Of a stretch of 64,000 nucleotides of DNA, positions 14,286-28,675 are shown piece after piece. The position numbers and the translations under genes are program-made. The number at the start of each line of letters is the position of its first letter. Position 1 is the first letter of the stretch. The stretch lies in assembly GCF_009914755.1 (NCBI RefSeq), contig NC_060932.1; one strand, given 5' to 3'. The DNA is from the human T2T-CHM13v2.0 reference genome, Homo sapiens. Below the pieces are notes generated by a model. The model had not been told where the DNA came from and searched no databases. It saw only the letters and a program-made list of their open reading frames with translations.

Positions 14286-14581
14286 ATTTATTTATTTTTT
14301 GAGACAGGGTCTCCCTCTGTCACCTAGGCTGGAGTGCAGTGGCATGATCATGGCTCACTGCAGCCAAGACCTCCTGGGCTCAAGCAATACTTCCAACTCA
14401 GCCTCCTGAATAGCTGAGACTATAGGTGTGCAGGACCATGCCAAGCTAATGTTTGCATTTTTAGTAGAGATGGGGTTTCACCATGTTGCCCACGTCTGTC
14501 TTGTGCCCCTGGCTCAAACAATCCATCTATCTCAGCCTCCCAAAGTGCTGAGATTATAGACGTGAGCCACCACACCTGGCC
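14286..14581 (-). mobile_element. Full-length AluJ
   Basis: gagacagggtctccctctgtcacc...atcatggctcactgcagcc...gagccaccacacctggcc. Confidence 0.92.
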
Positions 14582-15468
14582 AATCTCCTCATTTTTTAAT
14601 GTAAATAATTCCACTTTAGAAAGATCATTTGCTTATTTGCTTTGAGGTGAATTAAAGACTTAGGAAATATCAAAAATATTCAATATACATTTGACTCTAT
14701 TAACATGTCTTCATCTTCTATTTGAAAAATTTTCTTAAAACACTATAAGGTAGCTTTTAAGGATACTTAAGGCTCAGCTATGAGTCACCCTGGGATAAGT
14801 ACAGTTCAAGGTGAAGCTGAGGCTTGGTCAGATCAAAACCAATGGGATGAACATTAATATATGTAGCTCTGTATCCTAGGGCTTAGGCAAGAATTTGAAG
14901 TAGAGGATGTGCTCAGAAAGTGGACAAAACAATAGATGAAAAATTGAAAAAGTGAATGAATTAAATAATCTTGAAGGATGTGTCTGTTAATCAGCTAACC
15001 AGTGATACCAAATAATGCCCAAATAGGTAGAGGCAATTGGCTTACTATTGGTAGTGATAACATACAATCAGGTCAAACCTGTGGTTCCTGGCATGAGTTC
15101 CCATAGTTTGAATGGATGGCACAGCTCAAAAAAGACAAGTGACAGGAACGATGTCTAGATTCTAATAATGCTGAGCCACAGTTGAGGTTAAATCTCTTTT
15201 CTCACCATGGAAATGAAACGTTGAGCAGGAAGACAAGATTAAGAGGAACAAAGAGGCCTACACCTCAGAGGCAAAGGTGAAGACTGTAGCCTTGTGGCTT
15301 TCAGATGCTCATGGCTCATGAGAGGTGAGGCAGATCAATGACAACAAATCTAATTCACGACCTACGCCGTCACTGAATTTTTTTCTGTTCTGATGGGGAT
15401 TGGCTACAAACTGGGAGGGAAGTTAGGGCGAAGTGAGGGTTTCAGTATCCCATGGCAGAAATAAGTGG

Positions 15469-15583
15469 GGAGTCACAAAATGCACTGGGGATTTGTCCTT
15501 GCATTAGGTCATTTTAAACACACGCTTCTGGCAGATTCTGTAATATCTATGTATTGGCTTTATTTTTATTGTAATTTGATGGA
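15469..15583 (+). repeat. Local duplication A, copy 2
   Basis: Matches 13735-13850 at ~91%. Confidence 0.95.
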
Positions 15584-15714
15584 TGGAGAGTGATACCAAA
15601 AAATTCCTGCTAAGTACAACATTTTCTTTCTCACCACCTAGGATGAATGAATCTTATCTAGCGTAAAAGAGAGATGCTAAAGGAGATGCCAGAGAGGGTG
15701 GGTCTATGTACCTG

Positions 15715-15860
15715 CCTGTCATCCCTACAACTGCTTTGTGATCTAGGTTTCATTTCTCCCAGTTTTACAGACAAGGAAACTAAAGCTCATGGAAATTAAA
15801 TAATTTATAAAAATTTACAATACAGGAAGAGACAGAGATAGTTATCAAAGGTAGATCTTT
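15715..15860 (-). mobile_element. MIR fragment
   Basis: cccagttttacagacaaggaaactaaagctca core. Confidence 0.6.
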
Positions 15861-17899
15861 TTCAATCTTATGGCACCTTCAGCTAATTTAAGACTCTGAG
15901 AATCTAAGTCTATGAACTGCAACAGAAACAAAAGACACTGCCTGCCCTTCTTTTTTGGACTGGGCTGTCCTCACCTGTTAGCTATTAAGAAGTGTGATCA
16001 TTTTCAGTCCTTACTCCAGAGTCTGACTCCAATCATCATCCCTATTACCAATCTTCAGATGTGTATTCTGAGAGAGATTGAAAACTTGTAACTCCTAAAT
16101 CTTGACTTCACAGGACAGAAGAAAAAAATGTAAGCAGTCAAAAATGTGAATTCAGACTAATAGGAACTGCTTTAACTAGAAGAGATGAGATATTATTATG
16201 ACCTAAAGGATTCATGGGACTAGAAAGAGAGGTAATGGCAAAAGCGTCCCTATACCAGAGAAGAACGAGTAAGTGCTCATGGTTAACTATAGGAGATTTT
16301 TAATTCACGGATCCTTCCAATGCTGCTCAAATCCTTAAGCTGTATTCATCCTTCTTGTTCCCACATGTGTAGATTTCTATTCCCCTCCCCAGCGCATAAA
16401 TCCAACACTAACTCCCAGTTTACCAAAGACAGATGGTTAAGGAGGTGTAATCCATGGGAAATAGATGTTTCCAAAGCCACAAGGTTTAGTACATATAGTA
16501 GAGCATCAGTCTATGGTTCTCCTTGCTCTTTTATTTTTTTCAAGAACTGGTATCTTTTTAGCATTCAAACAGAGGTGTTATGAGTCAGCAAAAAGAAAAT
16601 AAAGTTTTTGTTATAAGTCAAATTTACTATTAGTATTGTTGTATGTTTTGAATGGAAATAAATGGCATTCACTTCTTTAATCTATCCATATGCTACATGT
16701 ATATCACCGAAAATGTCTTTAGTATCAAGAGTTAGCTCCAACACTGCACTACATAGATTTATACACACAAGGGTTAAAGTATTAAAAACTATCTTAAAGC
16801 GACATGGAAAACGAACAGCCAATGAAAAGCTCTTTTGATGAGGTAATGCTATTTGCTTAAGTTTCATTGGTTGAGTCTAAAATTTCTGTTTCCAGGAGTT
16901 GGAGGACAAGTTTCTCTGCAACCAGAAAGAACTGGATAGTCTCCAATTGCTTATATAAGATACTTTATGATCACTCAGTAAAAGCAAGTCCCTCCTCAAC
17001 TTGCCAATAGCCTAGAATTATTTCCCAACAAATTCATACATAAACTAGCCTGCAGGGATTTCTGCTTGTTCCAAAACAAAATCTACATAAGAGATTAAGA
17101 AATGCAGAGTTAAATTCTGAGTAATTATATTTGTGTACTATGTTGAAAGGAATATTAAACTATAAGTTAACACACCTCGTTCCTCATCCAAGCTCTGATA
17201 CAGTCACCTTGGCAACCTTGTGCTGCTACTTACCACTTCTAGAATTTAGGTTCATCTTGTTTTTGTTTTTCAAAATTCTTATTTCTTGCTGAAAAATGAC
17301 AATAATTGTGGCAGTCCTACCTATTCCGCAGACTTTTTGCATGCAAGGGCATCCAATGAAATATTGAATATGCAAGAGCTCTGAAAAATATCATATCTAC
17401 CTCAACTTACAGGGTTTCCTGTAATTTTATGGAAAGATGACATTATGACTCCTTTTTGAGGTAACATTAGCACCCTTCATAAGCAAGCACAGAAATCCTC
17501 TTAGCTAGATATGATACGTCCATATGTTAAAAGAAAAAAAAAAACCAACAGAAACTGAGAAGGTAGTCTGCTTTAATGCTAGGGAGGAAGATACAGATTT
17601 CATTGAGGTAGAGTTCTATCCAAGCCAAACCGTCTTGAGACTTAATTATCTAATTAGAATAGCTCTCTTAGCTTTGTGAAATATAGATAGGCTGTTTGTC
17701 CCATTGGGAGTTTTAAATCCTATCTTCAAGGCCACTAGACTTTGAGGCAACTATCCCACTACTCATTGCAATGTCTAGCCATCTAAGTATACAACCCACT
17801 GCATAGGCACATTGGTAGCTTCAAGTCTATTGCTATCTTGGCAAGAAAAAAAATGCAACAGATTTATTTTCTGGGAGAGAGTTCTAGTTATACATCTTA

Positions 17900-19460
17900 A
17901 CATATTTAAAAGCAAAACTCTTGATATTCTTACTACCCAACTCTAGCCTTCCCAAATCCCTACCTCTTTCATCTCAGTAAATGGCAATCCCATCCTTCAT
18001 GTTGCTTAAGCAAAACACCTTGGAGTCATCTTTATTTCTTCTCTTTTTCTCCACCCGACCTTGACTCTATCAGCAAATACTGCCAACCTACTTTCAAAAT
18101 ACACTCACAATCCAGCCTCTTCCACTCATAATCACCACTGTGATTATCACTCTGGTGGAAACTGCTGCCATTTTTTCCCCTTGGATTATTGCAAAAACCT
18201 CCTAGTTAGTCTCCCTGCTTATGCCTATCCCATACGATCTACTGTTCAAAGAGCAACCTGAGTAATTCTCCTAAAAAGTTAATGAATAACGTCACCTCTC
18301 TGCTCCAGACCCTCAGAGGTCCCATCTCACTCAAAGTGAAAGTCAGAGGCCTTACACTGACCTGGCCCCAACATGACTTCCCTACTCCTCTTCTACTACT
18401 GCCCTCTTCTGTACCTGGAATACAGCAAGCATCCGCATCCGCCCTCCACACCTTTGCACTGGGTGCTTCCTCTGTCTGGGATGACCATCTTCCAGCAAAC
18501 TTTCTCTTGCTCTCTCCTCATCTTTATTCTCAATTAGAACCATTTCAATTGCATTCTTAATCTACTCTCATTGCAATGGTTAATTTTGTGTGGCGACTTG
18601 ACAGGGTTAAGGGATGCCCAGATAGTTGATGAAACATTATTTCTGCTTGTGTCTATTTCCAGAAGAGAGGAGCATTTGACTCAGCACACTGAGTAAAGAA
18701 GATCCCCCCTCACCAAGGTGGGTGGGCATCATGAAATTCATGGAGAGACAAGATGGAGCAAAAAGGTGGAGGAAGGGAAAATGCACTCTCTCTCTTATTC
18801 TCCCTCCTTCCCTTCCTCCCTCCCTTCCTCTCTCTCTCACGTAGACACACATACACACACATCTTGAACTGGAGCATCTATCTTCTCCTGCCCTCAGAAA
18901 TTTTAGTTCTTGGTCTCTGCATCTTCAGGTTCCAGGACTTACACTGGCACAACACTAGCACCCCCTCCAAACACACACCCTGTTCTTAAGACTTTAGACT
19001 CAGGGTGGGAGTCACACCAGGGGCTCCCCTCAATATCAGGCCTTCAGACTCAGGGTGGGAATCACACCATGGGCTCCCCTGATTCTCAGGCCTTCAGACT
19101 TGGGCTGAATTACACCACCAGCTTTCCTTGTTCTCCAGCTTACAGATGGCATGTCATGGGTCATCATCTTCATAAACGCATGAACTAATTTCTGTAATTA
19201 AACTCATATATATTAATTATGTTTTTCTACAGAACCTTGACTATTAAACCCATATAAAATTATATCTTCTACACAAACCCTTTCTTGTCTACATTGCTAT
19301 GTTTTTCTCTACAGTTCTTGTTGCTATCTAGCAGATTTTAGGTTGTCTTGTTTATTGTCATCCTTTTGCACGACAACATAAGCTCCATGAGGACAGGATT
19401 TGATAATTTTTCTTCCATATTCACAGCACCTAGCAGTAGGTGCTGAAAAGTATTTAATAT
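17900..19460 (+). mobile_element. L2a-type LINE split by an MLT2 LTR
   Basis: catctcagtaaatggcaatcccatcc...ccttggagtcatc...ttggattattgcaaaaacctcct before the LTR; 3' end aagctccatgaggacagg...cacctagcagtaggtgct after it. Confidence 0.8.
18572..19248 (+). mobile_element. MLT2 (ERVL) solo LTR
   Basis: tgcaatggttaattttgtgtgg...gggatgcccagatag...ttacaccaccagctttcc...agaaccttgactattaaa; TSD ctcat/cccat. Confidence 0.9.
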
Positions 19461-20111
19461 AGTACGCAGGAAAGGTAGTGTATTCACATCTTACTTGAAG
19501 TAGTCATAAAATATTTAATACTTAAGGAAAACCAAAGTGTAATTATGAACTCTTAAAATTGATCCTAAAAATATTGTAATTTATATGTTCCCAGAGGAGG
19601 CATTCAGTCAGTGTCAGTATCATTGCACTAAGTGTATAGATGCTCAAGGACATTCTATTGATTGGAGAAATAGGAAAAAGTAATGTATAAATGAATGCTT
19701 AGAATTACTCAGACACTGGGAGATTTTCTTTCTTTAGCATTTTGATCTAATTTCAGGAATCTCAGTGGTTAATAATCATTTAAATGTACATATTCTTATG
19801 CATTCATTATAAAATCAGTCCTTTTTGTTGATGTATAAACACATGTGTACCAATAAGATACTGAAATATCACCTATTATCCTGACTACAGACAGTGAAAA
19901 TCTGATATATGAGTAAGTTACTCTCTAAGCCCAAGTTAACTAGTTATTCATGTAGGTTGAGAAGTGCATACTTAATTCATCTCAGATAGGAAGAATTTTT
20001 AAAATGATCTAGAAAAATCAGCATGTCTCTGAGAACCTTATTGATGTGCAGAGGGAGTACCTTCATAAGAAACAATATGGTATATATTAAAGAAAATATT
20101 ATTCTGATACT

Positions 20112-20879
20112 TGTTAAAAGGATACAAAAGATTTTAATGAGGACTATTACCATAGGTATCAAGACCATTAGAGTAGGGGAGAGAGATGACCTCTGAATAC
20201 AAAACAGACCTTTAAGGATTTATAGCCAAAGAGCAGAGTGAGAGAATCAGTGGAGAGAAAATTACTGGCTGGGTGCAGTGGCTCATGCCTGTAATCACAG
20301 CACTTTGGGAGCCAAAGCGGGCAGATCACTTGAGGCCAGGAGTTCAAGACCAGCCTGGCCAACATTGCAAAACCCCGTCTCTACTAAATATACAAAAATT
20401 AGCCAGGCGTGATTGTGCACACCTGTAATCCAGGCTACTTGGGAAGCTGAGGCACAAGAATCACTTGAACCCAGGAGGCTGAGGTTGCAGTGAGCCGAGA
20501 TAGCACTGCTGCACTACAGCGTGGGTGACACAGTGAAAATCTGTCCCAAAAAAAAAAGAGAAAAGAAAAGAAAAGAAAATTACTAGGAGGTGACAGCTAG
20601 GATCCAGGGTAGTGGGATTCTTGCTAAACTGACTTAACAAGATTCTTACCAAAGGTAAGCCAAGTATATATGCACCAAAGGCTGAGAATGAGAAATCTGA
20701 TGAGTTATCGAGGATGATCGGATATCAAGGATGGGAAGATTCTTGCTAAAGTGGCTTAGCAGGATTCTGGCTAAAATTGCACTAAGCAGGCCTAAGGTAA
20801 AACCCAAGAATGAGGCCTAGTCTTAAAGGCAGCTCAGAGGAGCCTGGCTAAGGTCTGGTTAATGAGAGAACCTTTATTA
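20112..20879 (-). mobile_element. ERV1 solo LTR, MER31/MER67 group, interrupted by an Alu
   Basis: Repeated gattcttgctaaa motifs, cttagcaggattc and gctcagaggagcctggctaagg, typical of the reverse complement of this group. Confidence 0.7.
20267..20573 (+). mobile_element. AluS/Jb, full length
   Basis: ggctgggtgcagtggctcatg...; (GAAAA)n tail; perfect TSD agaaaattact at 20256-20266 and 20574-20584. Confidence 0.93.
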
Positions 20880-20949
20880 TATAAAAGATCATATCAAGAG
20901 CCCATCTGAAGTTCATTTGTCTCCAAATATCATAAATAACACTTGGCCA

Positions 20950-22080
20950 TTATTTAATTCAACAATATGCATCCACTGACCTTGCTGTAGGCACTGTGCT
21001 CAATATAGAAGAAATAAATTCAAATATAATGCCATTTTGACCTGGGAACTCCCACTCTAGTGGAGAGACCAAAGTGTAAAATAATCATCACAATGTAATA
21101 CAGCATGTGCTTTAATAGAGGGTGAAGAACATATTATGAAACACAAGGAAGAAAGGGAATTGATGTTGAACAAAAGAGAAAAATACAGGGGTCATGGAAG
21201 TCTTCACAGCAGTCTATTCTTTCGGTTTGGGTCTTGATGGAAAGGTAGGAGTTTACTGATCAGAAAAATAAAATTGAGGAATATCTTTCAAGGAAAAAGC
21301 AACAACACTTACATAGGTTCAGAAATACAAAACAAATAAGATAGCTCACTGGGAGATGCAAGAAGAGGCTGGACCCAGCATGGGGTGCCTGAAGAGGAAT
21401 GGAAATGAGTAAGGCAGGTAGTCACCTGGATCCAGATTGTGATGGACACTGTACTCTAATTGCGTCCCTGGGTTTGGGATGCAATAGGATCCTATAGGAG
21501 GAACAGAGGAGTGGAAGTCAGATTTACAGTTTAGAAAGATTTCTCTGACACAAGTGGAAGAGGGAGACTGAAGTATAAACAGACCAAATAAAAAAGACTA
21601 CTTTGGTGGTTTCTGGACTCTAGGAGAAAAATAATAATGAGGGTTTCAAGGAAGGCAAATGAGGTTGGAAAGGAAGTGACAAATTTAGAGGGGACAGATT
21701 TTCATTAGAAATCCAATGTTAATTATAAGGTAAGACTTCTGAGTGCTTATGAAGATAGTGGTAGTATTAATACATATAAAGAGTATAGAAAAATGAAATA
21801 AAATAAAAACGTGTCACCTGTGGGGTATATAGAGAGATTTGTTTCGAATATGTTGAATTTAAGGTGCTCAAGTGACCTCCAAGTCTAGATGTCTGGAATG
21901 CAGATCTGTGTGTGGGTTTGTGACGCAGGTGGAGGTAGAAGGTGAGACGGGAAATTGCAAATCACTGTAACAGAAACAGGAGTTTGAACCACTAGAGATG
22001 GAGAGCGTACACAGGAAGAACACCGTGTGAGAAGACAACAAAAATGGAACCCAGGTGCACTCATGCATAAGAAAAACCAC
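20950..22080 (-). mobile_element. L2 LINE, antisense
   Basis: attcaacaatatg...gtaggcactgtgct...ctctagtggagagac...gaagtcagatttacagtttagaaagat...gttgaatttaaggtgc. Confidence 0.7.
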
Positions 22081-22984
22081 TGTGTGTTCAATTAAAAAGA
22101 AAAGGCTTATGTTATATAACCCCAACTGTTCCTAAGCAGGATGAATTATGTTAGTAAGAAAAGCCCTGTTTTGAGAGTACATTGATAGGTTTAGATAAGC
22201 AAATATGAGATATGCAAATCTGCTAAATTACTCTGCAAATGAGAACAAGAGAATTGAAGTTCTTTAGAGAAAAATACAGACAAAAGAACCAAAAAGGAAG
22301 ACTAGATGCTTAGGGAAATCAGAAAGCGAGATTCTGGCAGGAACTTTAGAAAAAATATGTTTCAAAAACATTTGAAATTCTATGTTGTGATTTACACTCT
22401 TCCCAAATGAAAACTTCAGTAAGTCCACAGTTCTCTAATATCTTTTTACACCTGTGGATTCACTGGTCTGGGATTGTGTGGAGGGGGTCAGTTCTCTAAG
22501 AGCTATTGATTTCCACTTTTGGCTACTTAGTGCAATTAAAAGACAATGTTTATAAGATAAGACAGAGGAGGCCATGAGAGACTAGGCAGCAATAACTGAC
22601 ACACAAAAAAATTGTGAGGAGGACTTCCTACTTCCCCCAGGGGCTAGAAGTTTCCTGTTGACCCATGTGCTACACAGTATAGATATTCATAAATGATATA
22701 TACCAACAAAACACATACAACACATTTAGCTAGCTAGCTAGCTATGTGATCTTAGGCAAGTTTCCAATATTTACCCATATACAGACTCACTTACATATGC
22801 CTCTGTATTCTTATATCAAATTCAAATTCAAAATGATAGCCTCATTGACATGCATAGCATGTCTATATATTTAACCTCCTTTCTATTAATACATTCCCTA
22901 CCATGTGCATATGCAAATTGTTGCTTCACTGTACATCCCCAAAAATACAGGAACAGTATATGTATTGTTTTTTGTTGCTTGTTA

Positions 22985-23293
<309 letters not shown>

Positions 23294-24131
23294 AAGCTAC
23301 ATATTAATCTCTGGTTTTAGAAGAAGATAATTTTTTAATTTTATGAGGTTTTGTGTTAGGCGAATCATGCAAAGCAGATATAAGAAACTTAAAAATATTT
23401 CCATAATGCAAAAACATAAATCAGAAGGCTTTTTTAGAAAAATCAATACAGCCAAGCAAACCTTATGTGCATTCTGCAGGCAGCTGCTGTCAAGTTTCCA
23501 TGTTGCCCTATGGGTCTCAGAGGACGCCCTTATTCTTTCTGCAGATACTGCAGAGATGTGGGTGTGGTTTCCAATACAGAAGCTAACTGTCTATGAATAT
23601 TCATAAACACACTCTAGCTAAAACCTTCTAAGGGTTTTCTGGGAACAGTTAAAATAGCAACAGTAAATTTTAATCTAACCAGATAAAATAGATAAGGAAG
23701 GATGCTGAGTTATTTGAAAATGAATATATAAAGCACCCACTCCCAAAGTCTGTTCAGCACAGAGCCAGTTTCCTCCAAATCAGTCCCCTCTGAGTTATGA
23801 GGGCATGTTACTTGAAACAGATTGGTAAGGAACAAGAAGCACAATTCACAGAAGCTACAAAACAATAGGATCCAATGATATGTTAAGACAGTGTCTATAA
23901 TTGGTTATTTCTGAATCCCTAGGAAAAGTTCCAAAACTCAGCCTCAAACTTTCCTTACATAGTATTGATTTTTTACAAAATTGTGCACTTAAGCATTGTT
24001 TTCCCAATCATGAGCTGATCTTTGCGCAACATGTGAAAAATACAAAGTTGTATAAAGAAAGCCAAAATACATTTAATTCCTCAATCCAAAAATTATAAAT
24101 GCTATAAACATAGAGACAACTATTTTATCTT

Positions 24132-24300
24132 ACATAAAACTCTATGTGCAAATTTATCTGTGTATCTATCTACCATCTATCTAACCTATCTATACATATA
24201 TACACATACATATCACATAAATCTCTTCATACAAATTTATCCATATATCCATTTATCTATCATCCATCTAACCTATCTATACACATATATACATACACAC
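24132..24300. repeat. Two-copy ~85-bp tandem repeat of TATC/TACA low-complexity sequence
   Basis: acataaa...caaatttatc...atctaacctatctatac occurs twice. Confidence 0.75.
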
Positions 24301-24399
24301 AATATTTTTAAATGGATATTTCATATATTTAAAGACAGTGGTAGTTTATCTATATACTGTTTGATATCTCTCTTTTCAGGTTATATCAAGGTCACTTTG

Positions 24400-25000
24400 C
24401 TAAATTTTTACAAATGATCTAAAATCCCATATTATGGATATGCTATCATGCATGTAAATAAACTTTAATTGTTGGATATTTAGTAATTTTTATTTTTTGC
24501 TATCATAAATAAGAGTATAATAAATATTACTGTACATAAGTCTTTATGGGCATTTCTGTTTATTTCCTATAAATAAATTTCTTGATTAGGATTAGCCTGG
24601 TAAACTTCCACAAAATTTTAGAGAATGTATAGAAATTTTTGCTCTTAAACGAATATTGCTTATTTTGCCCTATAGTCACAACTAAGATAATAAGTATTAT
24701 CACAATAGCAAAAAATACTAATCTGCATTATTGGATTACTAACAAAGGGAACATTCCCATATGATTATTTATTTCTTTTCCTATTATTTGGTAATGATCA
24801 TATTATATCCTTGATCATGGTCTTTAATAGTGCAAAAATTAATTTTTATAGTATTTATTTCACTCTCTGTTTCTATCATTATCAAATACAGTTTTAGCAA
24901 AATGTAAATTTTTGTTAAATGAATTGGAAAGCTTTTGATCTTATTTTCTTTTAACCTGGCATAATTAGTTATGGACATTAAATCTTGGAAATTCAAAATA
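24400..25000 (-). mobile_element. Highly diverged L1M/L1ME fragment
   Basis: ccatattatggata...ttgttggatatttagtaa...tttgctatcataaat...ctgtacataagtcttt. Confidence 0.55.
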
Positions 25001-25810
25001 AAGATAGACCTGGAATTACTAGTTGCGGCAACAGTATTTTTCAGATGTAATTTTTTGGCCAAAAAAAAAAAATCTCATATTTGCATATCCATGATCAATT
25101 CCTATCTTCTATTTATTCTTAAATCAAATGAAGTCATAACATTTTCCAGAAATTATGTTTATTCTGTCAAGAATTCAAATGAATTAAAATTTATTAGCAG
25201 AGTATTCTACATGTTAGTTATTTAAAATATATTTTTTATTAGTCACATATCGTTTTTATTTATAACATTGTGGGGTTTTTTTCCTCTATCTTTTCTTAAG
25301 ATAGATAAAAGTTTAGTTAATTAGTACTTTATTTTCTGGGAAGTTATCATTTTAATTTATAAGTGATCTTTGTATTCCCACTTAAAGTTTTTGCCCTGGA
25401 ACCCTCTAGCTGTAACTAATGTTATTTACACTTTGCTTTAGTATTTTATAAATTTTTCATCCAAAATATTCTCTCCAACAAGTTACTGATAACAAATCCA
25501 TTTCACCTTATTTTGGAAGAGATTACTGAACAACAGAATTGTTCTTTGCTTTTGTCCAGTTTATAATCAGGCTGTTTATCTTGGTTAAACGTTTTATAAA
25601 AACTCATGTTGGGTATTTTATTACATTTTGTTATACCTTTTTTTCTATTTTGCTCTTTGAGCTAAGATTTCTTATTGGATTTTGCTTTTCTCCAATAATT
25701 TGGAGAACTTAAAACCATTTCGCATCTTATGTATGATTAACTCAAACTTTTAAAACTATATTGGAAATGTATGTTTCTAATAATAAGTGTTAGAAATGGG
25801 AAAATATTAA

Positions 25811-26080
<270 letters not shown>

Positions 26081-26982
26081 TAGTTGTTTGTTTGACTTTC
26101 TTTTTGTCACTAGGTTTTAGTTTCCTAAACTTAACTGATTATCAAAATCACATTGGGCTTTGGTTGCAATTCTGAATTTTTTGGTTCCATCCAAACCTAC
26201 CTAATCATACTCTCTAGGAATAGGCCTGGGAATTAATATTTTCAGCATGTACTTGAGGTGTGCCTTTGAGCTTGTTTAAAAGGTGTGTTTACATTCAACA
26301 TTTTTTAGAGTTCGCATTCAACTTTTTTTTTTTTTAACCCAGGGGATCTGATTGATCTGCAAACTAGAGTATCATTCAAGAGTCTTTTCTGTTATCTGTA
26401 TATATATATTATTACTGTTCCATTTGTGGGGTTTTTTTTTCCTTTTTTATTAAGAATGCCAATTATGTGTAGATTATCTCCAGTTTTTATATGAAAACTT
26501 TCACCCTTTAGCCATTTGAATGTTTTTGCTTTTAATGGTGTGAGTTTTTGTCTATCATGATTCCATTTAGTAATTTGGATTTCTGCCATTATGATATGTT
26601 CCCCTCAATATGATGCAGATTTTAATTCTTATCTCCTTCTGTTCTTGTTGATTTACAAATTTTTAAAAATAATTTTATGTCAATTTTACTGAGAAATGTT
26701 TTTATTTTATCTTGCTTTATTATATGTCCTGTTTGCTATGGTTATTCAATCTCAAAAATGTGTTCTTTCCTTAAGGGCACAGAATTGTTGTAGAGTCATT
26801 CAACTCTGTGTTTTGTTTGTTTTGATTTGACTGGGCTTTGTTTTTTCACTCCCAAGTGAGAGCGAGTAAAGGTCTACCCAAATGTTTTTCTCTCTAACCG
26901 GTGGTTGAGACCTCCTGGGTTTTTCTCTTAATTTACCTGACTGCTGCTTAACTCTTTTTATTTTTAATTTAGGGCCTCCTAA

Positions 26983-27142
26983 CGCAGTGTTTTTCTTACT
27001 AACATGCTTATAAATCACTAGAAATCTTCTTTAAAAAACAGATTCTGACTGAGAGCAGTGGGTGGAGCCTGAGAGTCTTCATTTCCAATCAGCTCTCAGA
27101 TATTACTGATGCTGTAGCCCTAAGACCCACACTTTCAGTAAC
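26983..27142 (+). mobile_element. MER5-type hAT-Charlie MITE (second weaker copy at ~26120-26260)
   Basis: cagattctgactgag...gggtggagcctgagagtc...ctgatgctg...cccacactttcagta. Confidence 0.65.
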
Positions 27143-27311
27143 AACGTCAGTAACAAGACAGATAGTAACTATCTCTTAGTGCTTTGGATTTATAGATATG
27201 AAATGGAATCAACTGATAAGGTTTCAGTCTTCTGTGAAAACTTCCATTAACTGTTAACACTTGCTTCTCCAATTTGGGGGCATGTAAGGGATACAGGTTG
27301 TATGTAAGCTG

Positions 27312-27822
27312 TTTTGTTTTTTAATTTTTTTATTTCCATAGGTTTTGGGGGAACAGGTGGTGTTTGCTTACATGAGTAAGTTCTTTAGCGGTGATTTGTG
27401 AGATTTTGGTGCATCTATCACCCAAGCAGCACACACTGAACCCAATTTGTTGTCTTTTATCTCTCATCCCCTTCCCACACTTTCCTCCTGAATCCTCAAA
27501 GTCCATTGTAACCTTATACTTTTGCATCCTCATAGTTTAGCTCCCACTTATACTGAGAATATATGATGTTTGGTTTTCCATTCCTGAGTTACTTCACTTA
27601 GTATAATAGTCTCCAATTTCATCCAGGTTGCTGTGAATGCCATTAATTCATTCCTTTTTATGGCTGAGTAGTATTGTATTGTGTGTGTGTATATATATAC
27701 ACCCCACATTGTCTTTATCCCCTCATTGAATGGTGGGCATTTGGGCTGGTTCCATATTGTTGAAATCACAAATTGTGTTGCAATAAACATGTGTGTGCAA
27801 GTATCTTTTTCATATAATGACT
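27312..27822 (-). mobile_element. L1PB1-type 3' end
   Basis: cataggttttgggggaacaggtggtgtttg...ttctttagcggtgatttgtgagattttggtgca; ORF 27548..27790 encodes the ORF2 C-terminus. Confidence 0.88.
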
Positions 27823-28445
27823 ACATTCCCTCTCTGCCATCCTCTCTTCCCACTTGTAGGTGCTACATGAGCACAGTGGCCTCATGGTGACTTTGAGCCT
27901 ACAAGTGTGTACAGTGTCACACCTATGATCTGCCTCAGCCACAGGCTTTCATTGCTCCAGAAAAGATAGTGAGGGTGAAGTCTACTGTGGTCTCCTCTGT
28001 ATGTTTCCTGTAACAGAACACTTTCAAGTGAATAGTGCATGCCAGCCCTGTCTTCCTTGAAACCCAAGTACTTTTGTACTCTATCCTGCAGATTTCTTAA
28101 CTTTTAAGGACTATGGATCACTCCTATCTCTTGTCAAAGCATTGATGATGATTTTTCCTCATTATATTTTGTGTTGCTCATTTCATTAAGGTACTGTGAG
28201 GAGGGTGGAAAAAATAGGGAGAGAGCCATTTAGAGAAATACATGAAGTTTTCTGCTCATGTTGCCATCTCATTCAGAAGTCTTACAAACTCCTGTTTATA
28301 TTATTTGTATGTTTTTGTGTGTTTTCTGTTTCCCACATAAAAATAACCCTATTAACTTTATGGTTATATAAGTAATACTTCTTTATTGTATGTTTTTCAG
28401 ATAGTACAAAAATGTATCATGACAAAAAGGAACTAAAATTGCCCT

Positions 28446-28675
28446 TGCTATGGTCTACGTCTGTGTCCCTCTAAAAGTCATATTGAAACAATCTCCAAGG
28501 CAACAGTATTAAGAGATGGGACCTTTAGGAGCCGATTAATTAATGAGAAAGAAGCTCTCATGGATGGGGAGTAGGCCCTTATAAAAAGCCTTGAGGACAT
28601 GGGTTCCCCTTTTCTTCTTTTCTGCCATGTGAAGACACATACACCCTGTTTTGCCCTTCCACCTTCAGCCTGCAC
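28446..28675 (+). mobile_element. MaLR LTR 5' part (MSTD/MLT1A-like)
   Basis: tgctatggtct...cagtattaagagatgggacctttagg...ttctgccatgtgaagacac; MIR follows at ~28690-28870. Confidence 0.75.
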
